Below the pieces are notes generated by a model that saw only the letters and a list, made by a program, of their open reading frames with translations, was not told where the DNA came from and did no database searches. The position numbers and the translations under genes were made by a program. Of a stretch of 44,008 nt of DNA, positions 23,310 through 33,048 are shown piece after piece; position 1 is the stretch's first letter, and each line of letters begins with the position of its first letter. Source of the DNA: an uncultured bacterium (lineage in GTDB: Bacteria; Patescibacteriota; Minisyncoccia; Phycocordibacterales; UBA9973); the NCBI GenBank assembly GCA_903891365.1, contig CAITEG010000004.1, forward strand, positions 1 through 44,008, written 5' to 3'.

Positions 23310-26300
23310 ATGCCCACAAGTACGACCAATCCACTTGAAACAATAAGCACAACAGAACCGCAGATTTCAGATCTTCAGAAACAAATTGCACAATATCAAA
23401 GCAATTTGGCAAGTTCTCCTACAGCGGCGTCGTCTTTGACTGATCCTACCAGTCGAGATTTAAGCAATGAGACTGAAATGACGACCCTTCAAACCCAATT
23501 AAAGGCGTTGCAAAAACAAAATCTTACTGCTGCTTGGTATGGAAATGACACAAGTACTAATTCTACTACAGAAGGAGCACAACCTGGAATGATGGCATCA
23601 GCTTTAAACTGGCTTCAGCAACCTCTTTATAATGTTGTAAAAGGAGTGAAAGCTGCTACTGGTGATACTACTCAGGTTCCTAATCAAGAGTTTACGGACC
23701 TTCTTGCTCAACATGGTGTGGGAGGCATACCAGGTGCTGTTGCAGGATTTACTGCTGACGTTCTTTTTGATCCTGTTAACTGGATAACAATGGGAACAGG
23801 AGCTCTTATTCCTAAACTTGGATATGGGTTAGCAAAGGGTGCAATAGAAGGTGGTGTTGAAGGAGCTGCGCGAGGAGCGTCAGAGGGTCTTATTTCAAAT
23901 CTTGGACGGAAGGCATCTTGGGTGATTAATAAATTACCAGGAGTCTCAGATCAGATTCCAGGAACCTTCGCACAACGTTTTTCCGTAAAAGTTGCTGAAT
24001 CAGCTGCAAATTATAATAAGGCTGTTGGCGAAGATGTATTAAGGGACGTAACTTCTCCAGGAATTTTAAGAGGAACAAAAGCAGGTGGAATTCTAGGTTC
24101 TAATGGAATTACTCTGAGTGATATAACACATGCTGCCATGAAGAAAATTCCTTATGGTGATGATTTATATAAATCTTTACGCTTTAATAGTAATGACTGG
24201 GTTGACAACCAGAAACTTCTGGATGTAATTAATAAAAACAAAGCTAGAACAGTTGGAGAGATGGCATCAGCTGGGGCTCCATCACCAGCCGCAATTGCTG
24301 CCCGAGAAGGAAGTAGTATTTCCGCAGTAAAACCAAATATTGAAGTTCTAAAGAATGTTCCTGCGGGACAAGAAAAGAATGCGATGATTGATGAGCTTCA
24401 GAAAACTGCCGGAGACGTTGATTCTATTTCATCTAATCCAACTAACTTTGTTTCTAGTAATCCTGATGAACTTTTTTCTCGTGTGATGCAAGAGGGTGTA
24501 CGAGCAGATGAACTTCGAGCAACTCTTGCTCCCGCAGTGGATAGTCTTCCTCGATCTGGTCCTACTGGAGTTAAGTGGTGGGATGATGCTCTACAAAAAG
24601 GTAATGCATGGAAGATTAAGATTGGGGATAAGGAGGTCGCCCCCATCTATGCTTTTATGGACGCCTATAACAGTATTATGGAAGGGGCGTTTAAGCCATT
24701 CCATGTTTCTCTCAATCCTCCAGTACGAGCAATGCACGTTTTGTCTGCACCAGCTTTTTGGTCAATGGCAGGCCTTTCAGAGAGTGTAGGCGACTATATG
24801 AAAAATATGAAGAACGCTTTCTTTGCAGTATCAGGATCAAACCCATACGAAAACTTAGTAAGAGATTGGGTAGAAGGACCAATGAAAGAAGGAGAAGATT
24901 GGAAAGTTTTACGATCTCAAAGTATAAAAAATGCGATGCAGGAATTCCCGGGGACGTTTAAAAAATCTCTTCACGGCGTAGGACCAACCTTCTTCCAGGG
25001 ACATAGTGTTCTTCACGGGATAGATGAATTGGTAAATAGTGGAGTAGAGAGTGGAATTTATTCTGCAGATGATGTTTCAAACGGGACTGCTGTAAATGAT
25101 TTTGTGAAAGCTAATGAAGAATATAGAAATGCGATGCGTACAGGAAATATGTCTGGTAAACCAGTTCAGCCCACTGGATTTGCTCGAATAGCAAACATGT
25201 TAAAGAAAATGGTATTTCTTCCTGCAGAGACTTCTGCAGAAAATCCAGAGATAAAAGCGATGATGGAAAGGGCTGCTGGTACAGGTTCTATAGAGGGAGA
25301 TTTACCAATAGGAATGAATGAACCTTCAGGAATGTTGGTTCGTAATCCAGAACTTCACGCAAAATATCTTGATCAAGCAAATGCTTTCATAAAAGCTAGG
25401 GCAGACTCGGGTAGTAAACCCTTCCAAGTGATGAAGAATCTTCTAGATAATTCTACTGCAGGATTTGAACATCAGCTTCAGGCCCAACGTATTTCTGCCA
25501 TCACAACTCTAATGAATACTGGTGTAAGTGATACTGCATTAAAAACTCTTTCTCGTTTTATTCCATTAGGTGATAGAGAGACTGATATTTTGAGTACATA
25601 TGTAAAGAATGGTCAAAAGATGAATCGTATGTCTTTTGATTATGCAAACAAGGTATCGCAGGAAATTTCTATAAACATGGGAGCAATGCCTGCTGCTATA
25701 AGAATGTTGCGATCAATGCCTCTGGTAGGAGCTCCGTTTGCTTCATTCACGTATGGCATGGCAGTCAAAACTGCCCAGACTCTTGCTTACAATCCTGCAT
25801 TCTTTAACAAAGCAGCTTTCCTTGTTGAGTCTGCAGAGGGACATAAAACTCCTCTAGAAAAAGAAGCCCTAAAGAGCAAATACTATCAGTGGTATAACGA
25901 ACCTTCAATGGCAAGAGTCCCTGATGCTATGAACTTCTTCAGTCAGTATCCTCTATACTTAAACTTAACAAACGCTCTCCCATACTACACATTGAATATA
26001 TTTCAGCCATCAAGTCGGTCGTATGCCGCGACACTTCCGGATGATATTGTTCAGTTACTAGATCGATCTCCTGTTATGAAGGACCCATTGGGACAAATTA
26101 TTTTTGATAACCTTGTTCTTCCAGCCATTCTTTCTGGCACAGGCGAGCAACCTACAGGTATGTCCGGAGAACCTCTTTATCCAATCAATGCCACAACAGG
26201 AGATAAGGCTTTCTATGCGGGGCGTTCTCTTGTAGATCAATTTACTCCTGCAATAGCAGCGCCTGCTGGTCTACTGCTTCCGTCTGATTATGCAAAGTAT

Positions 26301-26507
26301 TATCCAGGATATCGTATGCGACAAATGGCTTATGGTAAGGCTGGTGGAAGTAGCCAATATCCAAGTGAAAATTCATTAGGTATTCCATCATCTGAGTCAT
26401 CAGCTTCTCGAACCATACGAAGTATCTTGGGATATCTTGGACTACCAATAGAACAGGCGAACACATCGTATGCCGCTAGCCAAATTAAATCTGGACAAAA
26501 TCCTTAA
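23310..26507 (+). CDS. large hypothetical protein (1065 aa), possibly virion-associated
   Basis: A long intact ORF directly upstream of the packaging genes. No catalytic motif recognised. Confidence 0.6.
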   Translation: MPTSTTNPLETISTTEPQISDLQKQIAQYQSNLASSPTAASSLTDPTSRDLSNETEMTTLQTQLKALQKQNLTAAWYGNDTSTNSTTEGAQPGMMASALNWLQQPLYNVVKGVKAATGDTTQVPNQEFTDLLAQHGVGGIPGAVAGFTADVLFDPVNWITMGTGALIPKLGYGLAKGAIEGGVEGAARGASEGLISNLGRKASWVINKLPGVSDQIPGTFAQRFSVKVAESAANYNKAVGEDVLRDVTSPGILRGTKAGGILGSNGITLSDITHAAMKKIPYGDDLYKSLRFNSNDWVDNQKLLDVINKNKARTVGEMASAGAPSPAAIAAREGSSISAVKPNIEVLKNVPAGQEKNAMIDELQKTAGDVDSISSNPTNFVSSNPDELFSRVMQEGVRADELRATLAPAVDSLPRSGPTGVKWWDDALQKGNAWKIKIGDKEVAPIYAFMDAYNSIMEGAFKPFHVSLNPPVRAMHVLSAPAFWSMAGLSESVGDYMKNMKNAFFAVSGSNPYENLVRDWVEGPMKEGEDWKVLRSQSIKNAMQEFPGTFKKSLHGVGPTFFQGHSVLHGIDELVNSGVESGIYSADDVSNGTAVNDFVKANEEYRNAMRTGNMSGKPVQPTGFARIANMLKKMVFLPAETSAENPEIKAMMERAAGTGSIEGDLPIGMNEPSGMLVRNPELHAKYLDQANAFIKARADSGSKPFQVMKNLLDNSTAGFEHQLQAQRISAITTLMNTGVSDTALKTLSRFIPLGDRETDILSTYVKNGQKMNRMSFDYANKVSQEISINMGAMPAAIRMLRSMPLVGAPFASFTYGMAVKTAQTLAYNPAFFNKAAFLVESAEGHKTPLEKEALKSKYYQWYNEPSMARVPDAMNFFSQYPLYLNLTNALPYYTLNIFQPSSRSYAATLPDDIVQLLDRSPVMKDPLGQIIFDNLVLPAILSGTGEQPTGMSGEPLYPINATTGDKAFYAGRSLVDQFTPAIAAPAGLLLPSDYAKYYPGYRMRQMAYGKAGGSSQYPSENSLGIPSSESSASRTIRSILGYLGLPIEQANTSYAASQIKSGQNP

Positions 26508-26525
26508 TTAATATATACTTTCTTT

Positions 26526-27047
26526 ATGCCACCATTTCAACCAGCAGCAGGAGCAGGGAGTCCACCTCCAATGAATGGGATGCCACCTATGCCCGGCGTA
26601 GTTTCAGGAGCAGGAATGTCTCCTATGCCGATGCCGGCAGCACCGACACCAAATTCAATTGGAGCAACCCCAGGTGTTCAAGGTGTTTCGGCACCAATGA
26701 CACCAGAGCATAAGGCAGAACTTCAAGAACTTCTTTCAAAAGTAAAACAGGAGTATATGAAGTGGCAAAGCATGAAGTTTGGTATTCAAAATACAGCAAA
26801 CGAAAATCGTCGCGATCAGTTGAAAAGAGTTTTTCAAATTCTTCAAGCTAAAGGGGTAGATTTAAATAATCCAAAATCAGTTTCTGAATTTCTTGCAAAA
26901 TTAAAACAAACAGCACCACAACACTTTGATGCTATTACTAAAGCGTTAGATTATCTTTTAGGATCAGACTATGAAAACCAACAAACACCAGACGAATCAC
27001 AACAGCCTCTCCCAGACCAAAACGTTTCTCCAGAACCGCAGTTCTAG
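26526..27047 (+). CDS. hypothetical protein with a Pro/Met/Gly-rich N-terminus (173 aa)
   Basis: MPPFQPAAGAGSPPPMNGMPPMPGVVSGAGMSPMPMPAAPTP, then a helical C-terminal half. Confidence 0.5.
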   Translation: MPPFQPAAGAGSPPPMNGMPPMPGVVSGAGMSPMPMPAAPTPNSIGATPGVQGVSAPMTPEHKAELQELLSKVKQEYMKWQSMKFGIQNTANENRRDQLKRVFQILQAKGVDLNNPKSVSEFLAKLKQTAPQHFDAITKALDYLLGSDYENQQTPDESQQPLPDQNVSPEPQF

Positions 27048-27100
27048 TGTGGGGGATGTAAGACTTTTAACTCCTCTTAAGGAGAGAATATTTTAATACC

Positions 27101-27709
27101 ATGGAAGAAGACCTTGATTATGGACCGCCTCTAGAAGAGGAAAAAGTAACAGCAGAAAAACCAATTTCAGAGAGAGGTGAAAGGAAGCGAAAAGAATATG
27201 CAAGTCAGAAGAGACTTTATAATGCCCTGAGTCAGGGTGGGGATCCAATAAAACTGAAGGAGATTATTGGAGCTAAGACTGTTGCCGAGGTTTATAGAAC
27301 CCTTGACAAACTTACAATTAGACGTGAGTTCCATGATGCCCTTACAAAGGCTGGTATTACCTTCGAATTTCTTATTGAAGGAATAAAGCGTGAAGCTATA
27401 GGAGGTGATAAGTCTATGGATCGCCTAAAGGCATATGAAATGCTTCTAAAGACCCTTGGACTAGACAAATATGACGATGTAAATACCGGATCTACTTCGT
27501 CATGGGAGGAAAGATTGCTTAAGGCCATAGAAACTCATGAAACTGATCTAAACCAGGATGTTCCTATGTCTAAAGAAGAAGAAACAGACACTGAATATAA
27601 GGTGAAGGTTCCAAAAATTCCAGTATCGGTTCAAAAAACAAAAATGTTAAATGAGGAAATGGAAAATTCACTTTATGAAGGATTCCCCCAACCAGCAACT
27701 CCAATATAA
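27101..27709 (+). CDS. putative terminase small subunit
   Basis: It lies immediately upstream of, and overlaps, the large terminase gene. It has an HTH-like segment IKLKEIIGAKTVAEVYRTL and is about 200 aa. Confidence 0.45.
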   Translation: MEEDLDYGPPLEEEKVTAEKPISERGERKRKEYASQKRLYNALSQGGDPIKLKEIIGAKTVAEVYRTLDKLTIRREFHDALTKAGITFEFLIEGIKREAIGGDKSMDRLKAYEMLLKTLGLDKYDDVNTGSTSSWEERLLKAIETHETDLNQDVPMSKEEETDTEYKVKVPKIPVSVQKTKMLNEEMENSLYEGFPQPATPI

Positions 27710-29153
27710 AGATACAGAACTCCTGGAAAGGATGAAAGATCCCAAGTTTTACTTGGAAAATTTCTGTAAAATCAAAGGAAAGACCCCGGGTCTTGTCCCT
27801 TTCATATTGAACGAGGCACAGAAGGATATTTTTAATACATTACGTAAATCCTCTCGTGTAATCATTCTAAAAGCTCGTCAAATTGGTTTCTCCACTGCAA
27901 TAACTGGATTCTTTTATCACAAAACGATTATGACTCCAGGCATGAACACTGTTTTGATTGGATACAACACAGACATGGCAGCAGAACTTCTAGACAAAGT
28001 CAAAATGTTCTGGCAAACGACTCCTATGGAACTTCAACCGACCATCCATTACAACTCTAAATACGAAATATCATTCCCAAAGTTAAATTCTAAGATCATA
28101 GTGCTTCCATCATCCGAGAACGTGGGTCGAGGTTACACAATTCACGCTTGTCTATGTACTGAATTAGCTATGTGGGAGAAAGCAGAAGAGAAAATGGCTG
28201 CCCTAGAGAATGCAGTTCCTAAGGATGGACTCCTTGTTATTGAATCTACCCCTCGTGGAGTAGGTAACCTGTACCACAAGATATGGATGTCAAAGGAAAA
28301 CGGGTATGAAAAGAAAGAATATGGATGGTGGTGGGCGTATAACGAAGAAGAAATAGAGCAAATTCGTCGACGAATGAACGATCCTCAGCGTTTTGCACAG
28401 GAATATTCTCTAGAATTCTTGTCATCGGGACGAAGCGTGTTCTCTCCAGACCTCATAAAGTCATTGCAATCTGATATTTTGAACCTCGGTGATGTTCATT
28501 TGGATGAAAATAAGAAAGAACACACCGTAAGACAGATGGATGGACTCACTATTTATCAAGAACCAGCCCCGGGTAAGGTTTATGTGGCTGGAGCAGACGT
28601 TTCTGAGGGTGTAACAGGGGGTGATTACTCCGTAGTAACCATTTTTGAACGTTCTACAGGTGAAGAAGTAGCCCATTGGCATGGAATGATGGCCCCAGAC
28701 AAGTTTGCAGAGAAGTTAAACGCGTGGGGAAGGTTCTACAACAACGCATTGATGGTAGTTGAAATCAACAATCATGGTTTGACGACCGTAACAGTGCTAA
28801 AACAGATGCTATATCCGACTTTATACTTCAGACCGAGTAAATTTGACACAATTCCTTCATCATGGTCTGATAGATTGGGGTGGAAGACAACAAAGGTCAC
28901 TCGTCCACTCATGATTGATGACTTAAACCAGGCTTTGAGGGAAAAGTCGTTAACAATACATAGTAAATACCTTGTTGATGAGATGCAGACCTTCGTTTAT
29001 GACTTTGGGAATAACATGAATGCCATAGATGGGTATCATGACGACGCAATTTTCTCTGCGTCTATCGCTTTCCAGGGGTTCAAGGTTCTTTTTAGCGGGG
29101 ATCTTGATCAAATCTATTATTCAGACTTTATGCCTTCTTCGGGGGGTTATTAG
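27651..29153 (+). CDS. terL: terminase large subunit
   Basis: VIILKARQIGFSTAITG (terminase Walker A-like KxRQxGxS/T). Nuclease-domain acidic residues lie in VAGADVSEG..GDYSVVTIF and GYHDDAIFSASIAF. The start is ambiguous (27651, 27675 or 27732). Confidence 0.85.
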   Translation: MRKWKIHFMKDSPNQQLQYKDTELLERMKDPKFYLENFCKIKGKTPGLVPFILNEAQKDIFNTLRKSSRVIILKARQIGFSTAITGFFYHKTIMTPGMNTVLIGYNTDMAAELLDKVKMFWQTTPMELQPTIHYNSKYEISFPKLNSKIIVLPSSENVGRGYTIHACLCTELAMWEKAEEKMAALENAVPKDGLLVIESTPRGVGNLYHKIWMSKENGYEKKEYGWWWAYNEEEIEQIRRRMNDPQRFAQEYSLEFLSSGRSVFSPDLIKSLQSDILNLGDVHLDENKKEHTVRQMDGLTIYQEPAPGKVYVAGADVSEGVTGGDYSVVTIFERSTGEEVAHWHGMMAPDKFAEKLNAWGRFYNNALMVVEINNHGLTTVTVLKQMLYPTLYFRPSKFDTIPSSWSDRLGWKTTKVTRPLMIDDLNQALREKSLTIHSKYLVDEMQTFVYDFGNNMNAIDGYHDDAIFSASIAFQGFKVLFSGDLDQIYYSDFMPSSGGY

Positions 29154-29182
29154 TTGACAAAAGTATCATCTAAGAATATAAT
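29154..29182 (+). promoter_or_regulatory. consensus sigma-70-type promoter giving a leaderless mRNA
   Basis: TTGACA (29154-29159), a 17-bp spacer, TATAAT (29177-29182), 6 nt, then the ATG at 29189. Confidence 0.65.
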
Positions 29183-29188
29183 TATAGT

Positions 29189-29710
29189 ATGAAAAAGGGA
29201 TCTAAACACTCTAATGAATCACGCGCAAAAATGCGAGAGAATCATTATGATGTTAGTGGTATAAATAATCCCAATTATGGTAAACGTTGTTCAGAAGAAA
29301 CAAAAAGAAAAATCAGTAAAGCAAACAGGAATCCATCATTAGAAATTAGAAATAAAATAAGTCAACATCATGCCAATGTCTGGGGAATAAATAATCCTAG
29401 ATGGAGGGGTGGCATTACTCCTTTATATAAACTTATAAGGAATAGAAAAGAATATTTTAAATGGAGAAATGACGTCTCTAAGTTAAATCCCAATAGGTGT
29501 AAACACTGTTCTCGAGAAGACCTTAGCCTTGAAATAGATCATATTATTCCACTTTGTTATTTTATCACTAAAAATAACATAAAAACGATTAAAATGGCAC
29601 TAAATTGTCCAGAATTATGGGAAATTAGCAATGGACAAGTGCTTTGCAGGGGTTGTCATGCACTAAAAACACAAAAAGATATACAAAAATACAATAAAGT
29701 AACACGTTAA
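29189..29710 (+). CDS. HNH endonuclease with NUMOD3 repeats (homing-endonuclease-like)
   Basis: GINNPNYGKRCSEETKRKISKAN and GINNPRWRGG (NUMOD3-type). HNH core CKHCS...EIDHIIPL...NGQVLCRGCHALKT. It is visibly more AT-rich than both neighbours and has its own promoter. Confidence 0.8.
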   Translation: MKKGSKHSNESRAKMRENHYDVSGINNPNYGKRCSEETKRKISKANRNPSLEIRNKISQHHANVWGINNPRWRGGITPLYKLIRNRKEYFKWRNDVSKLNPNRCKHCSREDLSLEIDHIIPLCYFITKNNIKTIKMALNCPELWEISNGQVLCRGCHALKTQKDIQKYNKVTR

Positions 29711-29731
29711 CCCTAGTAATATTAACAGTTA

Positions 29732-31921
29732 ATGACAAGACTTATCGGCACATATAGTGCAACTAACTACGGTCAAAAAGAAGTTGACCTCATGAACGCC
29801 TTCTATCTTCAATCAGAAGATGCCTACCAGTATTTTTATAATATTCTTAGACCTCGTTACGAGAGGTACTATAAACTTTTTGTGGCATTTTCTGGAGATC
29901 GAAAAAGAGAAATCAAAACCTGGCAAGCAAATGTTTTCGTCCCTTATGTGCAAGCGGTTATCGAGACAATGATGCCTCGTATCCTTGATGCTCGACCGGA
30001 TTTCACAGTTATTGGTCGTACATCAGAAGATAACTTAAAGGCAGAAAAGCAACAGCAACTCTGTGATTATCTTTGGGAGATTTCAGGAATGGACGGAATA
30101 ACGGAAGATGTTGTTCGTTCTTCACTTATGTATGGAACAGGATTTATGCAAGTATCTTGGAAGAAAGACGTGCGTAAACTAAAATTCCTTAAAACAAAAG
30201 ATATTGGAAATAGAAAATACAAATGGCAAGAGGAAGAAAGAACTTTTTATGACGCACCATTCTGTGAATGGGTGGACAACTTTGCGCTTTGGTATGACTG
30301 GCACAATATTGATCGTAAGTTAAAACAATATTGGTTTAAGAGACTCGTTTTATCAGCAAACGAAATTCGTCGTCGTTACCCAATGGCAGACCCAGAAAGA
30401 TTAGAAATGGCTATTAATTCTGCAGGTGGAGATCTTACTGATTACGCAGCCATACGTCAACTTGTTAAATCATCCCAAGAACGTATTACAAAAGATGCTG
30501 ATCGTAATGTTGCAATTTCATATTCAGGTGTCTATTATAATACACAACGATATCAACAGGTTGACTCCAAACTTCGTATGTACGAAGTAAAGGAGTGGTG
30601 GAGACCATACGAAGACACATTTGCTGTGATGGTAGGAGGTTCTCGTATTCCAATACTTCGCAATGGCTTTATGCCAATTCCTTATGACTTCAAGGAAGCT
30701 CCATTTATTGATGTTCCTTATCTTAAAATTCCAGGAGAATTCGAGGGATACGGTCTTGCATCTATTCTTGAATCACCTCAAATCCTACTTAACACAATTA
30801 AAAACCAGCGTCTTGATGCAGCAACACTTTCAATACATAAAATGTGGATTGTCAATCCACTTGCTAACATCAATAAAGATGAACTTGTAACTCGTCCATT
30901 CGGTATCATTTACTCTATAGATCCCCAGGGCGTGCGTGAGGTTCAATTCTCAGACATTAAAGCATCGGCATATAAAGAGGAAGATCTTCTTAAGAGTGAT
31001 ATGCAATACGCATCTGGCGTGGATGACGCTTCTATGGGAATGAAGAGCGGTGCAAACGCAACAGAAATTCGTCACTTGCGCGAGTCTACTCTCGAGCGTG
31101 TTCGTCTATTTATCAATCACCTCGGTGCAGCTTATGGTGATGTTCTTAGATACTGGATGGATATGGAACGTCAGCTCTTTACAAAGGAAATGACAATACG
31201 TGTTATTGGTGACAATGGAGATGTTGAATATCCTCTCATTGAAAAGGACGACCTATGTGGCAAGTTTGATTATCGTGCATCTGTTCTTCCATCTATTGCA
31301 GGACAACAGGATGTACAGAAGAAACAGGATATGGATCTCTTCCAGCTCCTTATTAGTCTTCCGTTTATCGATCAACGCAAACTTACTGCAAAAGTTCTTG
31401 GAGATTGGGGTTGGAGTCTTGATAATGTAGCACAAAGTGATCAGGGTCAGGCCCAACAGGGTATGCCGGGAATGCCAGCGACACCAGGAGGCGCTCCAGG
31501 CGCGCAAGGCGCTCCACAGGGTATGGGAGCAGCACAACCACAAGATCTCGCTGCTATGAGCCAATTAGGAGCTGGAGGACCCCCTCAGGGACAACCTGCT
31601 CCTCAACAGATGCCACAAACCTCTACAATTTCTCCTCAGGTAGTTATGCAGGCACTTAGTTTACTTCGTAAACCCGGAGAAGAGCAGGGAGCTCAAGGAA
31701 CAGCTTTTGGACAGGCGGCTGCTCCAATAAATCTACTTAGAAGCGGAATGCCTCCAACAGCTCCTTCAGCAGGCCTTCCTCCTCCAGCTACACATGGAGC
31801 AACAGGACCAAATCCCCGTGGGCACAACCGAACAGGTAAGGTAAATACAAATATTTCCAAAGGAAACAATTCAAATCCAGAAAGTCAATTACAAAATCGG
31901 GCTCTCAATATCCAGCGCTAA
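29732..31921 (+). CDS. portal protein with an ~170-aa Gln/Gly/Pro/Ala-rich disordered C-terminal tail
   Basis: Size of 729 aa and position after terL/HNH and before the scaffold and capsid genes. The tail starts about SDQGQAQQGMPGMPATPGGAPGAQGAPQG. Confidence 0.7.
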   Translation: MTRLIGTYSATNYGQKEVDLMNAFYLQSEDAYQYFYNILRPRYERYYKLFVAFSGDRKREIKTWQANVFVPYVQAVIETMMPRILDARPDFTVIGRTSEDNLKAEKQQQLCDYLWEISGMDGITEDVVRSSLMYGTGFMQVSWKKDVRKLKFLKTKDIGNRKYKWQEEERTFYDAPFCEWVDNFALWYDWHNIDRKLKQYWFKRLVLSANEIRRRYPMADPERLEMAINSAGGDLTDYAAIRQLVKSSQERITKDADRNVAISYSGVYYNTQRYQQVDSKLRMYEVKEWWRPYEDTFAVMVGGSRIPILRNGFMPIPYDFKEAPFIDVPYLKIPGEFEGYGLASILESPQILLNTIKNQRLDAATLSIHKMWIVNPLANINKDELVTRPFGIIYSIDPQGVREVQFSDIKASAYKEEDLLKSDMQYASGVDDASMGMKSGANATEIRHLRESTLERVRLFINHLGAAYGDVLRYWMDMERQLFTKEMTIRVIGDNGDVEYPLIEKDDLCGKFDYRASVLPSIAGQQDVQKKQDMDLFQLLISLPFIDQRKLTAKVLGDWGWSLDNVAQSDQGQAQQGMPGMPATPGGAPGAQGAPQGMGAAQPQDLAAMSQLGAGGPPQGQPAPQQMPQTSTISPQVVMQALSLLRKPGEEQGAQGTAFGQAAAPINLLRSGMPPTAPSAGLPPPATHGATGPNPRGHNRTGKVNTNISKGNNSNPESQLQNRALNIQR

Positions 31922-31940
31922 AGCCTGATATACTCTAAAT

Positions 31941-32489
31941 ATGGCAAATTACGATCCGGACAAAAGTATGTTCGATATGTTTAAAGGAAAGATAAAAGAA
32001 CTTTCCGATGCTCTCTCACAATGGCAGCAAAAAGAAAATGCTGTTCACTCTCTTGCTGAGGCGCATGCGAAAGCTAGTGGCGCTCCACCAGAAGCAATGG
32101 ATGCTCATGTTTATATGCACAAAAAGGCGATAAAGAAAGCCATAGAAGATCAAGCAAAACAAAGTGAACAAGCACAAGCAGGTCAAGGTGTTCCTACTGC
32201 ACAAGATACTCCAGGAGGACCTGAATTTTCAGGACAAGGTGGACCAGGTTTAACAGCGCGAGTTTCTCCACAACTTCCGATGGCAGGACAAGCGGGTAAT
32301 ACTGGTGCAAATGGATGGGAGAATATATTGAAACCAAATCCGTATCCACAAGTTGCACAACAGCAAACGGGAGCACCAACACAAAGCGTGGGACCAATAA
32401 CTCCAGCACAGAGACCAATGATGGGAATGCCGACACCACCAGTACCAGGAGGATTTGGAAGTCCAAACCCAATGCAACGAACAGCTTGA
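31941..32489 (+). CDS. hypothetical Gln/Pro/Gly-rich protein (182 aa)
   Basis: ORF track. Helical N-terminus, then a low-complexity region GQGVPTAQDTPGGPEFSGQGGPG...PMMGMPTPPVPGGFGSPNPMQ. Confidence 0.5.
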   Translation: MANYDPDKSMFDMFKGKIKELSDALSQWQQKENAVHSLAEAHAKASGAPPEAMDAHVYMHKKAIKKAIEDQAKQSEQAQAGQGVPTAQDTPGGPEFSGQGGPGLTARVSPQLPMAGQAGNTGANGWENILKPNPYPQVAQQQTGAPTQSVGPITPAQRPMMGMPTPPVPGGFGSPNPMQRTA

Positions 32490-32514
32490 CAAGTTTGATG
32501 CGTTAGCTTATAGT
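32486..32514 (+). promoter_or_regulatory. sigma-70-type promoter
   Basis: TTGACA (32486-32491, overlapping the upstream stop), a 17-bp spacer, TATAGT (32509-32514), 8 nt, then the ATG at 32523. Confidence 0.55.
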
Positions 32515-32522
32515 TAATCTAT

Positions 32523-32921
32523 ATGGCACCAAAAAAACGAGCAAAGAAAGTAGAAGAAAAAGAAACTCCTAAGGTAACTCAGGAGCAGTTTCAGCAATCT
32601 GCAGCACAAGCGATTCAAAATTATTTTACGAAAGACATAAATGATCAAGTCCACGAAATGACAAACGATGTGATGTTTGCATTACTTCGTCAACTTGAAG
32701 GTTCAGAATATTGGATTCCACTTCTTAGGTATAACAATCTAAGACTCCTTAATGCACAGTCAGCAATAAATTCTATGGATCCAATGACCCAAGGATCAAC
32801 AATGCGACTACAGCAAGGATGCATGATGGGTATAGTAGATCTTCAAAATGCAATTATAACGATGGTAGAAGCCGAAAAAGAGGCTGAAAGAGAGGCGAGA
32901 GAGATTGCGGAAACGTTCTAA
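32523..32921 (+). CDS. hypothetical protein (132 aa)
   Basis: ORF track. Lies in the head module. Confidence 0.5.
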   Translation: MAPKKRAKKVEEKETPKVTQEQFQQSAAQAIQNYFTKDINDQVHEMTNDVMFALLRQLEGSEYWIPLLRYNNLRLLNAQSAINSMDPMTQGSTMRLQQGCMMGIVDLQNAIITMVEAEKEAEREAREIAETF

Positions 32922-32923
32922 AT

Positions 32924-32995
32924 ATGCCGTTTCCTAAAGGGGGACATCATTCAGAAGAAACAAAAACGTTTTTCGTTTCTGGGAACATGAAATAA
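32924..32995 (+). pseudogene. 23-codon ORF carrying a NUMOD3-like core: probable homing-endonuclease relic
   Basis: Own translation: MPFPKGGHHSEETKTFFVSGNMK. KGGHHSEETK parallels the GKRCSEETKRK of the intact HNH/NUMOD3 gene at 29189. Confidence 0.35.
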
Positions 32996-33048
32996 ATGAG
33001 TCAGTTTCTATATGTATAGATAGATTAGAACTATTGTAGTATTTGTGA

